From assembly GCA_016840095.1 (NCBI GenBank), contig JAEOSZ010000066.1:1-64000 (forward strand): a stretch of DNA of 64,000 nt. The letters run 5' to 3'. The notes under the pieces were generated by a model. That model saw only the letters and a list, made by a program, of their open reading frames with translations, ran no database searches and had not been told where the DNA came from. Within the stretch, counting starts at the first letter, position 1, and each line of letters opens with the position of its first letter. Shown piece by piece: positions 54,960-64,000 of this stretch. Both the position numbers and the translations under genes were made by a program. This DNA is from Candidatus Heimdallarchaeota archaeon. Its GTDB lineage: Archaea; Asgardarchaeota; Heimdallarchaeia; Heimdallarchaeales; Heimdallarchaeaceae.

Positions 54960-55412
54960 ATGGCAAGAATGCACGCAAGAAAAAGAGGAAAAGCGAGTTC
55001 AACTCGTCCTTATAGAAATCAACCTCCAGAATGGATGACACACGATAAGGAATTCATAGTCAAAAAAATTGAAGAGCTTAGAAGACAAGGACAATCTTCT
55101 GCAATGATTGGAAATATCCTACGTGATCAATATGGGGTTACAAATGTAAGGGAAGTCTTAGGTACAAAAATGCATAAAATTGTAGAAGACTTAAATTTAC
55201 AACCAAAATATCCTGAAGATTTAGTCAATCTTGTTAGACAGGCTTCAAATTTAAGGAAACATTTGGAGGAAAATAGAAAAGACCTTCACAGTAAAAGAGG
55301 ATTACAATTAATTGAATCAAAAATTCGAAGGCTAGCCAAATACTATAAAAAGAAAGGTGTTTTCCCACAAAACTGGAAATATGACCCCAATACTGCGGGA
55401 CTTTTACTCTAA
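54960..55412 (+). CDS. rps15: 30S ribosomal protein S15 (uS15/S13e)
   Basis: MARMHARKRG.ASS.RP, IG.ILRD.YG, PEDL, KRGLQLIESKIRRL.KYY. Confidence 0.97.
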   Translation: MARMHARKRGKASSTRPYRNQPPEWMTHDKEFIVKKIEELRRQGQSSAMIGNILRDQYGVTNVREVLGTKMHKIVEDLNLQPKYPEDLVNLVRQASNLRKHLEENRKDLHSKRGLQLIESKIRRLAKYYKKKGVFPQNWKYDPNTAGLLL

Positions 55413-55470
55413 GATACGATATTCTTTTATCTTTTTATTTTTATTTTATTTTGTAAGATAGTGGTTACTT

Positions 55471-56946
55471 ATGTCATCTATGGAAGTTCCATTTGAGAAA
55501 ATTCAATCTTTAAAGGACGAAGCAGGTAAGATTTCGGAACTAATAAAGGGTTTAGAAGAGAACCTAGTAATTATCTACAAAGCGAATCCAGATAATCTAT
55601 GTGCAGTAGGCATTCTAGTTTCCTGTTTGAGAGAAATTGGTTTGGGGTGCCATTCAATATCTATTGATAATAGTTCAGATTTAGAAAAGCGAATAAAGAA
55701 AATAAACTACTCAACCCATGTGTTCGTAGGTTTTCAGATAAAAGAACTACCTAGTAATTTTCTCAAAGATGATTCAAAGAAGATAATTCTTGTAAACCAT
55801 AAATTATCGATTGATAAAAGATTGAAGATTCCATGGGAAACAATCTTAAGTCTTTCATTAAAAGAACTTGAAATACCATTAGATGCTTTATCTAATTCAG
55901 GATTGGCCTATTTCATCGCTGAAGGCATTACTGAAAACTATCCAAAATTCTCAGGATTAGCCTTGATTGGTGGTTTAGCTAATAAACAAGTTGACTCTAA
56001 GAGCCAGAAATTGATAGGCATCAATAGATTTATTCTTGAAGAAGGAAAAAAAGAAGAAATACTTAAAGAAACCGTAGGAACAAGGATATCTGGAAGAGAG
56101 AGTCTCCCTATTCATTTAGCTTTAAAGTATTCAATAAATCCATATTTTCCAGGTTTAACTGGAAGCGAAGAAGCTTGTACTTCCTTTGTATCTAGATTGG
56201 GAATTTCAATGAAAGATCAAGATGGCAACTGGAGAACCATTTCATCGCTTACAACAGAAGAAACTAAAAAATTGTATGATAGATTGATAGCTCTACTAGT
56301 TGAAGAAAAATCCCAATTCAAGACAGAATCGTTAATCGGTCCAATCTATATTATTCTTACAGAAACAAAAAAAAGCCAGACAAGAAATGCAGAGGAGTAT
56401 TTGTGGTTACTAGATGGAGCATGCAAATTGAGGAAATATGGCTTGGCCCTTGCTGTTATTTTAGGCGATAGAACAAATGTTTACGATGAACTTAAACGAA
56501 AAATGGACAACTATCATGGCAATGCAGCTCAGATAATAGAAAAAATTACACAGGAGAGTTCTATTGTAGAAAATAAGAAACATTATAGAATAATTGAGAA
56601 TCAAGCTATTTTTGACTTAGAATCCGCTCCTCTTGTAATTAAAGCGCTAGTAGAAAGCAATATTATTGCAATTGATAAACCACTACTACTTCATTTGAAA
56701 GAGAAGAACATGAATTATTTGTACATGCATGATTCTCCTAAGCAAATTCAAAAAGGACTTCAATTATATCATGTGATTCAAGATTTTATTAAAAGAAAAA
56801 TACTTCCTGAATCAAGTTTCAAGGGAGAAACTGATTTCTTCAGATTAGTATTAACAGATGAGGATTATTTGACAATACTTGAGGAATTAGAAAAATCACT
56901 TAAGTATCATCATGATGGAACAAAAACAGTTAGTAATTCGGAATAA
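55471..56946 (+). CDS. RecJ/Cdc45-like DHH-family protein (GAN orthologue), degenerate nuclease motifs
   Basis: uS15-DHH-Pcc1-eS1 synteny; S.SGLAY, LALIGG, G.NR.IL, PY.PGLTG, WR....L..EE; metal-binding motifs altered. Confidence 0.8.
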   Translation: MSSMEVPFEKIQSLKDEAGKISELIKGLEENLVIIYKANPDNLCAVGILVSCLREIGLGCHSISIDNSSDLEKRIKKINYSTHVFVGFQIKELPSNFLKDDSKKIILVNHKLSIDKRLKIPWETILSLSLKELEIPLDALSNSGLAYFIAEGITENYPKFSGLALIGGLANKQVDSKSQKLIGINRFILEEGKKEEILKETVGTRISGRESLPIHLALKYSINPYFPGLTGSEEACTSFVSRLGISMKDQDGNWRTISSLTTEETKKLYDRLIALLVEEKSQFKTESLIGPIYIILTETKKSQTRNAEEYLWLLDGACKLRKYGLALAVILGDRTNVYDELKRKMDNYHGNAAQIIEKITQESSIVENKKHYRIIENQAIFDLESAPLVIKALVESNIIAIDKPLLLHLKEKNMNYLYMHDSPKQIQKGLQLYHVIQDFIKRKILPESSFKGETDFFRLVLTDEDYLTILEELEKSLKYHHDGTKTVSNSE

Positions 56947-56957
56947 AAGGGAAACAT

Positions 56958-57215
56958 ATGATCTCACATGAATCTAGCTTCAAAATTATTATCAAATGCA
57001 AAAATAATGAAATTGCCCAAATCATCGCTAAAAGCTTAGAACCAGAAAACCAACATGTTGATAATAATACCACAATCAGTATGCAAGTTAAAGATTGTAA
57101 ATTGATTGTGCAACTAGAATCTTCTTCATCTGTTTCAACAATAAGAAATACTATCGATGATATAATCAGTACAATAAACACAGTTGAATCAGTCTACAAG
57201 AGTGTTAAGAGCTGA
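56958..57215 (+). CDS. KEOPS Pcc1-like subunit (uS15/eS1-operon paralog)
   Basis: A.II.KSL.PEN, IR.TIDD; synteny. Confidence 0.8.
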   Translation: MISHESSFKIIIKCKNNEIAQIIAKSLEPENQHVDNNTTISMQVKDCKLIVQLESSSSVSTIRNTIDDIISTINTVESVYKSVKS

Positions 57216-57327
57216 AACTCACCTGTTCTAAATCTCATCTTTTAGCTAATTTCAAAGATTATAATCAAACATAATCTTTAAAACTCAATTAAAGAAGAAG
57301 GAAAACAACAGTTTAGAGGTTAAACCA

Positions 57328-57984
57328 TTGTCATCTCGAAGACCAACTCGAAAATCTAAAGGAAAACCAAAAGTAGTAGACAAATGGAAAGAAAAATCTT
57401 GGTACGATGTAGCTGCTGCAAGTTATATTGTTGATAAATCCTTAGGGGAAACTCCAGCAAGTGAGCCTGAAAAATTATATGGCAGAGTAATTGAAATGGC
57501 TAGACTTGGAGTTGCTGAGGACATCTTTTATGATATTAATCTAAAGATCAGATTTCGAATAACAAGTGTTGAAGGAAATATTTGCAGAACTGAGTTTGAT
57601 GGGCATGAAATAGCTAAAGAACAAATCAGATCTCAGATTCGAAGAAATCGTTCAAAGATTGAAGCAATCCAAAATATTGTTACAAAAGACAGGGCAAGAT
57701 TAAGAGTTTCATCTATCGTTATCACACCTATTAGGTGTGGAACAAGCACACAAAAAGTTGTTAGAAAAGCAATTGAAGACTTAGTGAGAACAACAGCTAG
57801 AGCTCAAACATTTGTAGAATTTGCTCAAAGCATGATTAACGGATCAATTGCTGAAGAGATGAAGAAAGTTGTTAAAAAGATATATCCAGTAGTTATGGTG
57901 GATGTAAGAAAAAGCAAGGTTATAGTACTACCTGGTGCTTCTACTGCTGCACAGCAAGTTGCAGCAACCGGCGTAACAGTTTAG
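57328..57984 (+). CDS. rps3ae: 30S ribosomal protein S3Ae (eS1)
   Basis: DKWKEK.WY, GET, GRVIE, KI.FRI, T.F.GHE, RR.RSKI, KIYP...VRK.KV; TTG start with GAGG RBS. Confidence 0.95.
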   Translation: MSSRRPTRKSKGKPKVVDKWKEKSWYDVAAASYIVDKSLGETPASEPEKLYGRVIEMARLGVAEDIFYDINLKIRFRITSVEGNICRTEFDGHEIAKEQIRSQIRRNRSKIEAIQNIVTKDRARLRVSSIVITPIRCGTSTQKVVRKAIEDLVRTTARAQTFVEFAQSMINGSIAEEMKKVVKKIYPVVMVDVRKSKVIVLPGASTAAQQVAATGVTV

Positions 57985-58006
57985 AAGATTAACTCTTCTA
58001 TTTCTT

Positions 58007-59206
58007 TTATTTTACGGCAGAAACAATTTTAACTATATCATTATTTTGCAACTCGTAATCTGCACCTACTCTTCTACCAGATGGGGCTAATGTTCCATGA
58101 ATGAAGTTTTTTGCGAAATCAGTATGAACTTTTCCAGCAAGTTCTTTGGCAGTAGTTCCTTTTGGAACCAAATATGCATCAGGGAGAATATTTCCTGACT
58201 TATCCGTAAATTTTGAAACATCTTCTACAGGAAAAACGACTATCATATTGAATAAATTAAAGATAACATGAGATAGTATTTCTTGTACTCCAGTAGAACC
58301 ATATTTCTGAAGTATATCAGAATTAATCTTTTCTAGAAGTTCTACTTTTTTATCCCCTAGTTTTTCTTGATCTAGTATCTTAAAACTCGGATCTCCAGGA
58401 GTATATGAAAGAGTAGAATTTTCTTGTTCAGTTCTTAAAAAAACTTCAGCTAAAGATGAAGCTGGAAAGACATCACTATTTAGTTCTTCTTTCATTTTAG
58501 AAAAATTCTTGTGTGAAGAAGGCAGATCAATTTTATTAGCTACTATAACTAGAGGTTTTGCTTTTTCTCTTATTGTAGTTATTAATTCATCTAGTTTTTC
58601 ATCCCAAGTATTCGCATCATCATCTATAATTCCAACTTCTCTGATAGATACTTCAATTGTTTGTTTTTTTATTGCTAATCCTGTTAATTTCTCATGTAAA
58701 AGCATTGAAAATTTAATTTTTTCAGCAGAAGCTTTCTTCTTCATGGTAACATAATCTCGATTTATAATTGCCTTTATCCAAGCATCAATTTCTTTCTCAA
58801 GGAATTTAACATCATCCAAAGGATCCCAAGTTCCTTTATCTATTTGGTTCCCTTCAGCATCTAAAGAACCACTTGCATCTACAACATGAATCAGAACATC
58901 AGCTTGTCTTAAATCATCTAGGAATTGGTTACCTAGTCCTCTACCTTCAGAAGCACCAGGAACTAATCCAGCTACATCTAGAAACTGTACAGGAAGATAA
59001 CGAATTCCTTCCTTACAGAGAGAATTTTTAGGTGTATCTTCAACATTAAGTTCTTTACAAACGCATGGACTCCTCACATAAGCTGTTCCTCTATTCGGAT
59101 CTTTTGTTGTAAAAGGATAATCCCCTACCTTTGCGTTCACCATCGTAAGAGCATTAAGAAATGTGCTTTTTCCAGAACTAGGTTTTCCTACTATTCCAAC
59201 TAACAT
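58007..59206 (-). CDS. ychF: Obg-family ATPase YchF (archaeal type)
   Basis: [46 protein letters not shown]-terminal TGS; ATG 59206. Confidence 0.93.
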   Translation of the reverse strand: MLVGIVGKPSSGKSTFLNALTMVNAKVGDYPFTTKDPNRGTAYVRSPCVCKELNVEDTPKNSLCKEGIRYLPVQFLDVAGLVPGASEGRGLGNQFLDDLRQADVLIHVVDASGSLDAEGNQIDKGTWDPLDDVKFLEKEIDAWIKAIINRDYVTMKKKASAEKIKFSMLLHEKLTGLAIKKQTIEVSIREVGIIDDDANTWDEKLDELITTIREKAKPLVIVANKIDLPSSHKNFSKMKEELNSDVFPASSLAEVFLRTEQENSTLSYTPGDPSFKILDQEKLGDKKVELLEKINSDILQKYGSTGVQEILSHVIFNLFNMIVVFPVEDVSKFTDKSGNILPDAYLVPKGTTAKELAGKVHTDFAKNFIHGTLAPSGRRVGADYELQNNDIVKIVSAVK

Positions 59207-59324
59207 TACTAGTCTAATTTCATCCAAAAATAAAGACTTTTTGTATAAATGAGTATTTTTCGAAAAAACCGGCAATATGATACATAATCTCAATCTTTTT
59301 TAGTGTACCAAAGTTCAATAATAT

Positions 59325-59678
59325 ATGTCTGATAGAAGACAATCCAGTGAAGAAGGAGACGATAAGGAAGATTTCCAGAGTCATTTTCCAGCCATATTTA
59401 AAGAAATAATGGAAGGAGAAAACCAAATAGAAGAAGAGGAAAGAAGAACTACTACTGGAACTAAAAAGGTAAGAAAATTCCAAGGTTACACACCTAGTGT
59501 AATAGATTTTATTTGTCGATGTTCAACTGAAGAGGAAGCTAGGGAAATCATTGACTACATGTATAAAAAAGGCGATATTTCTGAAAAAATTGCAAATGAG
59601 TTGAAAAAACAACTAAAAGAAAAAGGTTTAGATTTTTTTGGAGAACACAGAGCTCCAGGTTATTATGAAAGAGCTTGA
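59325..59678 (+). CDS. DUF2095-like conserved archaeal protein
   Basis: GY.P.VIDF..RC.TEEEA.EII.Y...G.I, FG....PGYY. Confidence 0.75.
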   Translation: MSDRRQSSEEGDDKEDFQSHFPAIFKEIMEGENQIEEEERRTTTGTKKVRKFQGYTPSVIDFICRCSTEEEAREIIDYMYKKGDISEKIANELKKQLKEKGLDFFGEHRAPGYYERA

Positions 59679-59698
59679 AAAAAAAGTTAGAGAAGGTG

Positions 59699-60913
59699 TT
59701 ATTCCTTCTTATATGCAATATCACCGTCAATGAAGGTTACTTTATTTTCAGCGTAGAAATCTTCGAGGGGATGATTAGTCCAGATAACAATATCAGCATC
59801 CTTTCCAGCTTCAAGTGTTCCAACACGATCACTTACTCCAATCATTTCAGCGGCATTGATAGTTATTGCTTTTAATGCTTCATTTACAGGTAATCCTTCT
59901 TTAATTGCCATACAAGGCAGTATTTGGAAGTGTTTTAATCGAGTAAAGGAATCACTTTGAATTGATATTTTTACACCAGCTTTCCACAATATCCTAGGGG
60001 TTTCAAAACTGATATTGCGCAATTCAACTTTTTCAAAACCTACAAGTGATGGACCTACTGATACAGGGACACCTTTTTTAGCAATATAATCTGCAATCTT
60101 ATGACCTTCAGTTGCATGCACAAGCATCATGTCAATATTAAATTCCTCTGCTAGTCTTATTGCTGTTACAATATCATTTGCTTGATGACAATGGAAGTTC
60201 AATGGTATTTCTTTGTTTAAAACTTTGAGTAGCATTTCTTTGTTTAGTTCTCTATCTGGCTCTGAAGGTATCTTATCTAGTTCATCTTTTTCTTCTGCCT
60301 GCTTCTTCTTTGATTCATATTCATCCCATTTCTTTCCATAATTTTGAGCATCTACAAAGGCTTTTCTAAATACTGCTGCTGTCCCCATTCTTGTTGAAGG
60401 TAGTTTCTTATCTGTTCCATATACTCTCTTAGGATTTTCTCCTAATGCAGCTTTCATAGATGATGGGGTCTTTACAATTAAATCATCTACTATTTTACTC
60501 TTACAATATGTTTTGATTATAGTGTCAGTTCCGCCTATAACATTTCCACTTCCTGGACCAGTTTGAATTGTGGTAACTCCACCTATTCGTGCTTCTTCTA
60601 AACCAGGATCTTCTGGGTTGATTGCATCTAATGCTCTCACATGTGCAGTATTTGGGTCTGTCATTTCATTTCCATCAAATCCTGCCCAACCTATACTCCC
60701 ATCAAACAATCCTTGGTGAGTATGGGAATCAATAAAACCAGGAAGAACATGATTTCCAGTTGCATCAATTATCTCGTAGCCTTCTGGAATATTTGCTTCT
60801 CCTTCACTAATGCTTTCTATTTTGCCATCCTTAATCAAAATAGTACCTTTTTCGATTATTTCTGCATCTTTGTTTACTGTATAAATTTTACCATTAGTAA
60901 TTGCGTAGTTCAT
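59699..60913 (-). CDS. Amidohydrolase family protein
   Basis: PGFIDSHTH, GGVTT, PGSGN.IGG, KAALGENPK, HCH, HATE, GTLEAGKDAD. Confidence 0.92.
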   Translation of the reverse strand: MNYAITNGKIYTVNKDAEIIEKGTILIKDGKIESISEGEANIPEGYEIIDATGNHVLPGFIDSHTHQGLFDGSIGWAGFDGNEMTDPNTAHVRALDAINPEDPGLEEARIGGVTTIQTGPGSGNVIGGTDTIIKTYCKSKIVDDLIVKTPSSMKAALGENPKRVYGTDKKLPSTRMGTAAVFRKAFVDAQNYGKKWDEYESKKKQAEEKDELDKIPSEPDRELNKEMLLKVLNKEIPLNFHCHQANDIVTAIRLAEEFNIDMMLVHATEGHKIADYIAKKGVPVSVGPSLVGFEKVELRNISFETPRILWKAGVKISIQSDSFTRLKHFQILPCMAIKEGLPVNEALKAITINAAEMIGVSDRVGTLEAGKDADIVIWTNHPLEDFYAENKVTFIDGDIAYKKE

Positions 60914-61020
60914 TCTAATTTTCTTCTTTCAAATAAACTTTTAAACTGATTCCTCTGGATATGGCTTTCCAAACCTCAAAGAGAGGAGGGTTTAAAAATT
61001 GAATTATCTGTTAACCATCA

Positions 61021-61359
61021 GTGAATATAATGACTACAGATTTAACAGAAAAACTGAAAGAATTTGGTAAAGAAATGAAGGATTGGGACAAGAAAAAGAC
61101 AAGTGTCTCAGGAGTAACCATTGTGAAATTACCTACAAAAGGAGATGACATTAATCTTGGTTTAGAAATCAATCCAGAAAGAGAAGATGGAACTCCGCTT
61201 AAGAGAAAGGGTTTATTTATTACTTCTCTTGAACAATGGGAAGCATTTAAGGAAATTTTCTCAAATACTAAGGCATTTGATCTCATTCAAAGTATCAACA
61301 ATTTAAAAACACCAAAAACAGTAGCTCCAGAAGAAGCAGAAGAAGTTTTTGAAGTATAA
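61021..61359 (+). CDS. Conserved archaeal hypothetical protein
   Basis: W.K..T...GV.IVKLP, LEINP...DG.P.KRKGL pattern recalled from a conserved archaeal family. Confidence 0.7.
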   Translation: MNIMTTDLTEKLKEFGKEMKDWDKKKTSVSGVTIVKLPTKGDDINLGLEINPEREDGTPLKRKGLFITSLEQWEAFKEIFSNTKAFDLIQSINNLKTPKTVAPEEAEEVFEV

Positions 61360-61387
61360 TCAACTATACCCAAGGTGACAAAATAGA

Positions 61388-62689
61388 ATGAAAGTTGTTA
61401 TACTAGCAGCTGGCGAGGGTATAAGGTTACAACCCTTAACTGATTCTAGTCCAAAACCAATGTTGAAAGTTCTTGGAGAACCCATTTTAAAAAGAATAAT
61501 AGATGGTTTTCTCAAATCTGGAATCAAATCATTTGTAATTGTCACACATTATATGGAAGAAAAAATCAGTAATTTCTTAGCTAAGGAATTTCCTTCTATT
61601 GAGTTTACTTTTCTCCATCAAGAGGAGTTGAAGGGAACAGGTAATGCTCTGTTTTTGACAAAAAACGAAATTAGTGATGATTTCTTCATTGCAGTGAACG
61701 GAGATTGTATATTTTCTGAATCTTTAATAAAACAAACAGTTAAAGCAGCTGAAGCTGGCTCTATCTCTGTTGGAGGAAAATATACAAAAGACACAGAAAA
61801 TTTTGGAATCATTATTGTAGATGAGAATGACAAACCCATTAAAATGGTAGAAAAACCAAAAAAAGAAAATATTCCTTCGGGTTATGCAAATATTGGGTTG
61901 TATTCCTTAAGCAGAGAGATATTCAAAATTCTTGGTAATAAACATGAGAATAATGATGTTTCTTCAAGAGGAGAATATGAGATTCCAGATGCAGTTAACT
62001 TGTTATTAACTAACGGTAAATATCCAACAAGTTTAGTGAAACTCAAAGAAAATGATTATTGGTTTGATTTAGGACGACCTTGGTCCTTATTGAAAGCAAA
62101 TGAATATCTTCTATCAATAATTAAAGACAGAAGAGAAGGTACAATAGAAGAAAATGTACACATCAAAGGCAATATAATTCTTAAGAAAGGAGCAATTTTA
62201 AGGAGTGGAACCTATATTGACGGTCCCGCATTCTTTGACGAAGGGGCTGATATTGGTCCCAATTGTTACATCAGGAAATTTTCATTCTTTGGTAAGAAAG
62301 CAAGAATAGGGAATGGATGCGAAGTCAAGAATTCTGTTATTGGCAATAATACACATGCTGCACACCTCTCATATATCGGGGATTCAATCATTGATGATGA
62401 CTGTAATCTAGCAGCTGGAACAATCACCGCTAATTTACGCATTGATAAAAAATCAATTCTTGTGTCTGTTAAAGGAATAAAGGAAGATAGTGGTAGGAGA
62501 AAACTAGGGGTGATCATGGGTAAGGGAGTAGAAACAGGCATAGGTGCTCTATTGATGCCTGGAGTAAAAATAGGTAGTAATTCTTGGATAGGTGCTGGAA
62601 CGATTGTTAAAGAAGATATACCTCCAGATTCAATTTATTTTAGTTCACAGAATTATACTGTAAAAAGGAAAAGAAAAGATGCAGATTAA
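61388..62689 (+). CDS. glmU: Bifunctional sugar-1-phosphate nucleotidyltransferase/acetyltransferase (archaeal GlmU-like)
   Basis: ILAAGEG.RL.PLT...PKPM, GTGNA, EKP, S.RGEYE, hexapeptide repeats, HLSYIGDS. Confidence 0.9.
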   Translation: MKVVILAAGEGIRLQPLTDSSPKPMLKVLGEPILKRIIDGFLKSGIKSFVIVTHYMEEKISNFLAKEFPSIEFTFLHQEELKGTGNALFLTKNEISDDFFIAVNGDCIFSESLIKQTVKAAEAGSISVGGKYTKDTENFGIIIVDENDKPIKMVEKPKKENIPSGYANIGLYSLSREIFKILGNKHENNDVSSRGEYEIPDAVNLLLTNGKYPTSLVKLKENDYWFDLGRPWSLLKANEYLLSIIKDRREGTIEENVHIKGNIILKKGAILRSGTYIDGPAFFDEGADIGPNCYIRKFSFFGKKARIGNGCEVKNSVIGNNTHAAHLSYIGDSIIDDDCNLAAGTITANLRIDKKSILVSVKGIKEDSGRRKLGVIMGKGVETGIGALLMPGVKIGSNSWIGAGTIVKEDIPPDSIYFSSQNYTVKRKRKDAD

Positions 62690-64000
62690 AGAACTGAATG
62701 CAATAAAGAAAAATTGGACCCATGAAAAAATCAAAATCGGTTTAATTTATCCGAATACTTATCGTGTAGCTATGACAAGTTTAGGTGTTCAGCTGTTATA
62801 TTTCTTATTTAATGATGACAAAGATCTCCTTTGTGAACGAATTTTCAAACCTCTAAATCCTAAAATTGCTCCTTATTCATTGGAAAGTCAGAAGAATCTC
62901 AAAGACTTCGATGTTTTAGCAATTTCCTGTCAATTTGAACACGATTACATTCAAGCAATTGATTTGTTGTTTAGAGGTGGAATTAATCCTGATGTTAGGC
63001 AGAGAAAGGATTCAGATCCATTAATCATTTTAGGTGGTCCTTCTATAACTGCAAATCCATTTCCTGTTTTATTTGCTGGAGATATCTTCTTCTTAGGTGA
63101 CATAGAACCAGTCAGCGAAGATTTCATCTCAGCTTTAAAACATCCAAGCAAGAAGAAAAAAACAGAAGCACTAACCTCAGTACAGGGTATTATTGCCTAT
63201 TCTTATCATTTTACAGATGAAGGAAAATGGATAGGTAACAAAGTTAAAAGTGTCAAACTAAAAGATATTTCTAATTCTTTTTATCCTATAAAACAAATTA
63301 TACCTGAAGGCGTAAAAGGCACTAAGAATGAACCTATTTTTGGTAAAGCATATTATTTAGAGACAGATAGAGGATGCTCAGAAAGGTGTAAATTCTGCTT
63401 TGTAGGTCATTGCAGATTTCCCAGAACTTCAAGATCCCTAGATAGTTTAATTGATATTATTGATCATGCTAGTGAAGTGAATGATTTTGACAAGATAGTT
63501 CTTTATGGTAGTGCTATTGCACAATCTGGTACTCTTGAGGAACTGATAGAATATATTGTGGATAGGGGGTATGAAGTATCTTGTTCATCGTTCAGAGCGG
63601 ACTATCTTTCAGAAAAGCTGTTAAAAACGCTTAGAAAAGGAAAACAGCGCACTCTATCTTTAGCTCCTGAAACTGGGGATGAATCTCTCAGAATGGCTCT
63701 GAATAAAAGAATGGATGATGAAACAATTTTCTCTGCCCTTAAGATTGCTTGGGACACAGGTTTTAGACAAATAAAGCTTTATATGATCTATGGATTTCCT
63801 TGTGAAGACGAAAAAATAAGAGACGAAACAAAGAACTTCTTAAGTACAATCAGAAGCAGCTATTTTCCTACAGGACGAATAGGAATTTCCATGAATCAGT
63901 TTATCACAAAAGCGCATACTCCTTTTCAATTTGCACCAATGATAGGAGTTAAGGAATCTAAAGAGGAGCAAAAGTGGTATAAAAGCAATTTATATCAAAT
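62679..64000 (+). CDS. Radical SAM protein with B12-binding-like N-terminus, partial (runs off window)
   Basis: Manual translation MQIKELNAIKK...LIYPNTYRVAMTSLG...GGP...ETDRGCSERCKFC...SFRAD...APETG. Confidence 0.85.
   Translation, partial: MQIKELNAIKKNWTHEKIKIGLIYPNTYRVAMTSLGVQLLYFLFNDDKDLLCERIFKPLNPKIAPYSLESQKNLKDFDVLAISCQFEHDYIQAIDLLFRGGINPDVRQRKDSDPLIILGGPSITANPFPVLFAGDIFFLGDIEPVSEDFISALKHPSKKKKTEALTSVQGIIAYSYHFTDEGKWIGNKVKSVKLKDISNSFYPIKQIIPEGVKGTKNEPIFGKAYYLETDRGCSERCKFCFVGHCRFPRTSRSLDSLIDIIDHASEVNDFDKIVLYGSAIAQSGTLEELIEYIVDRGYEVSCSSFRADYLSEKLLKTLRKGKQRTLSLAPETGDESLRMALNKRMDDETIFSALKIAWDTGFRQIKLYMIYGFPCEDEKIRDETKNFLSTIRSSYFPTGRIGISMNQFITKAHTPFQFAPMIGVKESKEEQKWYKSNLYQ

Noticed and set aside
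1-64000. tRNA/rRNA genes, IS elements, integrases, selenocysteine read-through
   Set aside because: No cloverleaf/T-loop signatures, transposase or integrase ORFs, or interrupted ORFs were seen by eye.

Overview
AT-rich archaeal chromosomal segment, most likely from an Asgard archaeon (Heimdallarchaeia-like; inferred from archaeal informational genes plus eukaryotic-signature proteins: a UEV-Vps23/37-like ESCRT-I protein, RING fingers, a WD40 protein and a Pro-rich coiled-coil protein). Housekeeping content: exosome operon (SBDS-rrp4-rrp41-rrp42-eL43-Brix-Pcc1-like), eL15, RNase P proteins, ileS, TFB/eS6, uS15-GAN/Cdc45-Pcc1-like-eS1, RFC-L, ABCE1, YchF and GlmU. No tRNA, rRNA, CRISPR or mobile element is evident. 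Highlights: (1) a Dna2-like Fe-S nuclease/SF1 helicase fused to a C-terminal RING finger, co-oriented with a ferredoxin and a membrane RING protein; (2) a box C/D guide sRNA whose D' guide predicts the 23S P-loop Gm2251 methylation; (3) a structured ileS leader with an Ile-containing uORF followed by an oligo-T tract; (4) a candidate structured ncRNA at about 668-767; (5) a circularly permuted family-5 solute-binding protein; (6) PIP-box-like tails on a radical-SAM/DUF4130 pair; (7) a nuclease-degenerate GAN/Cdc45; (8) an ABCE1 lacking one Fe-S cysteine; (9) a TrmB protein with a ~530-aa helical insert. All family assignments come from motif recognition by eye, not from database searches.
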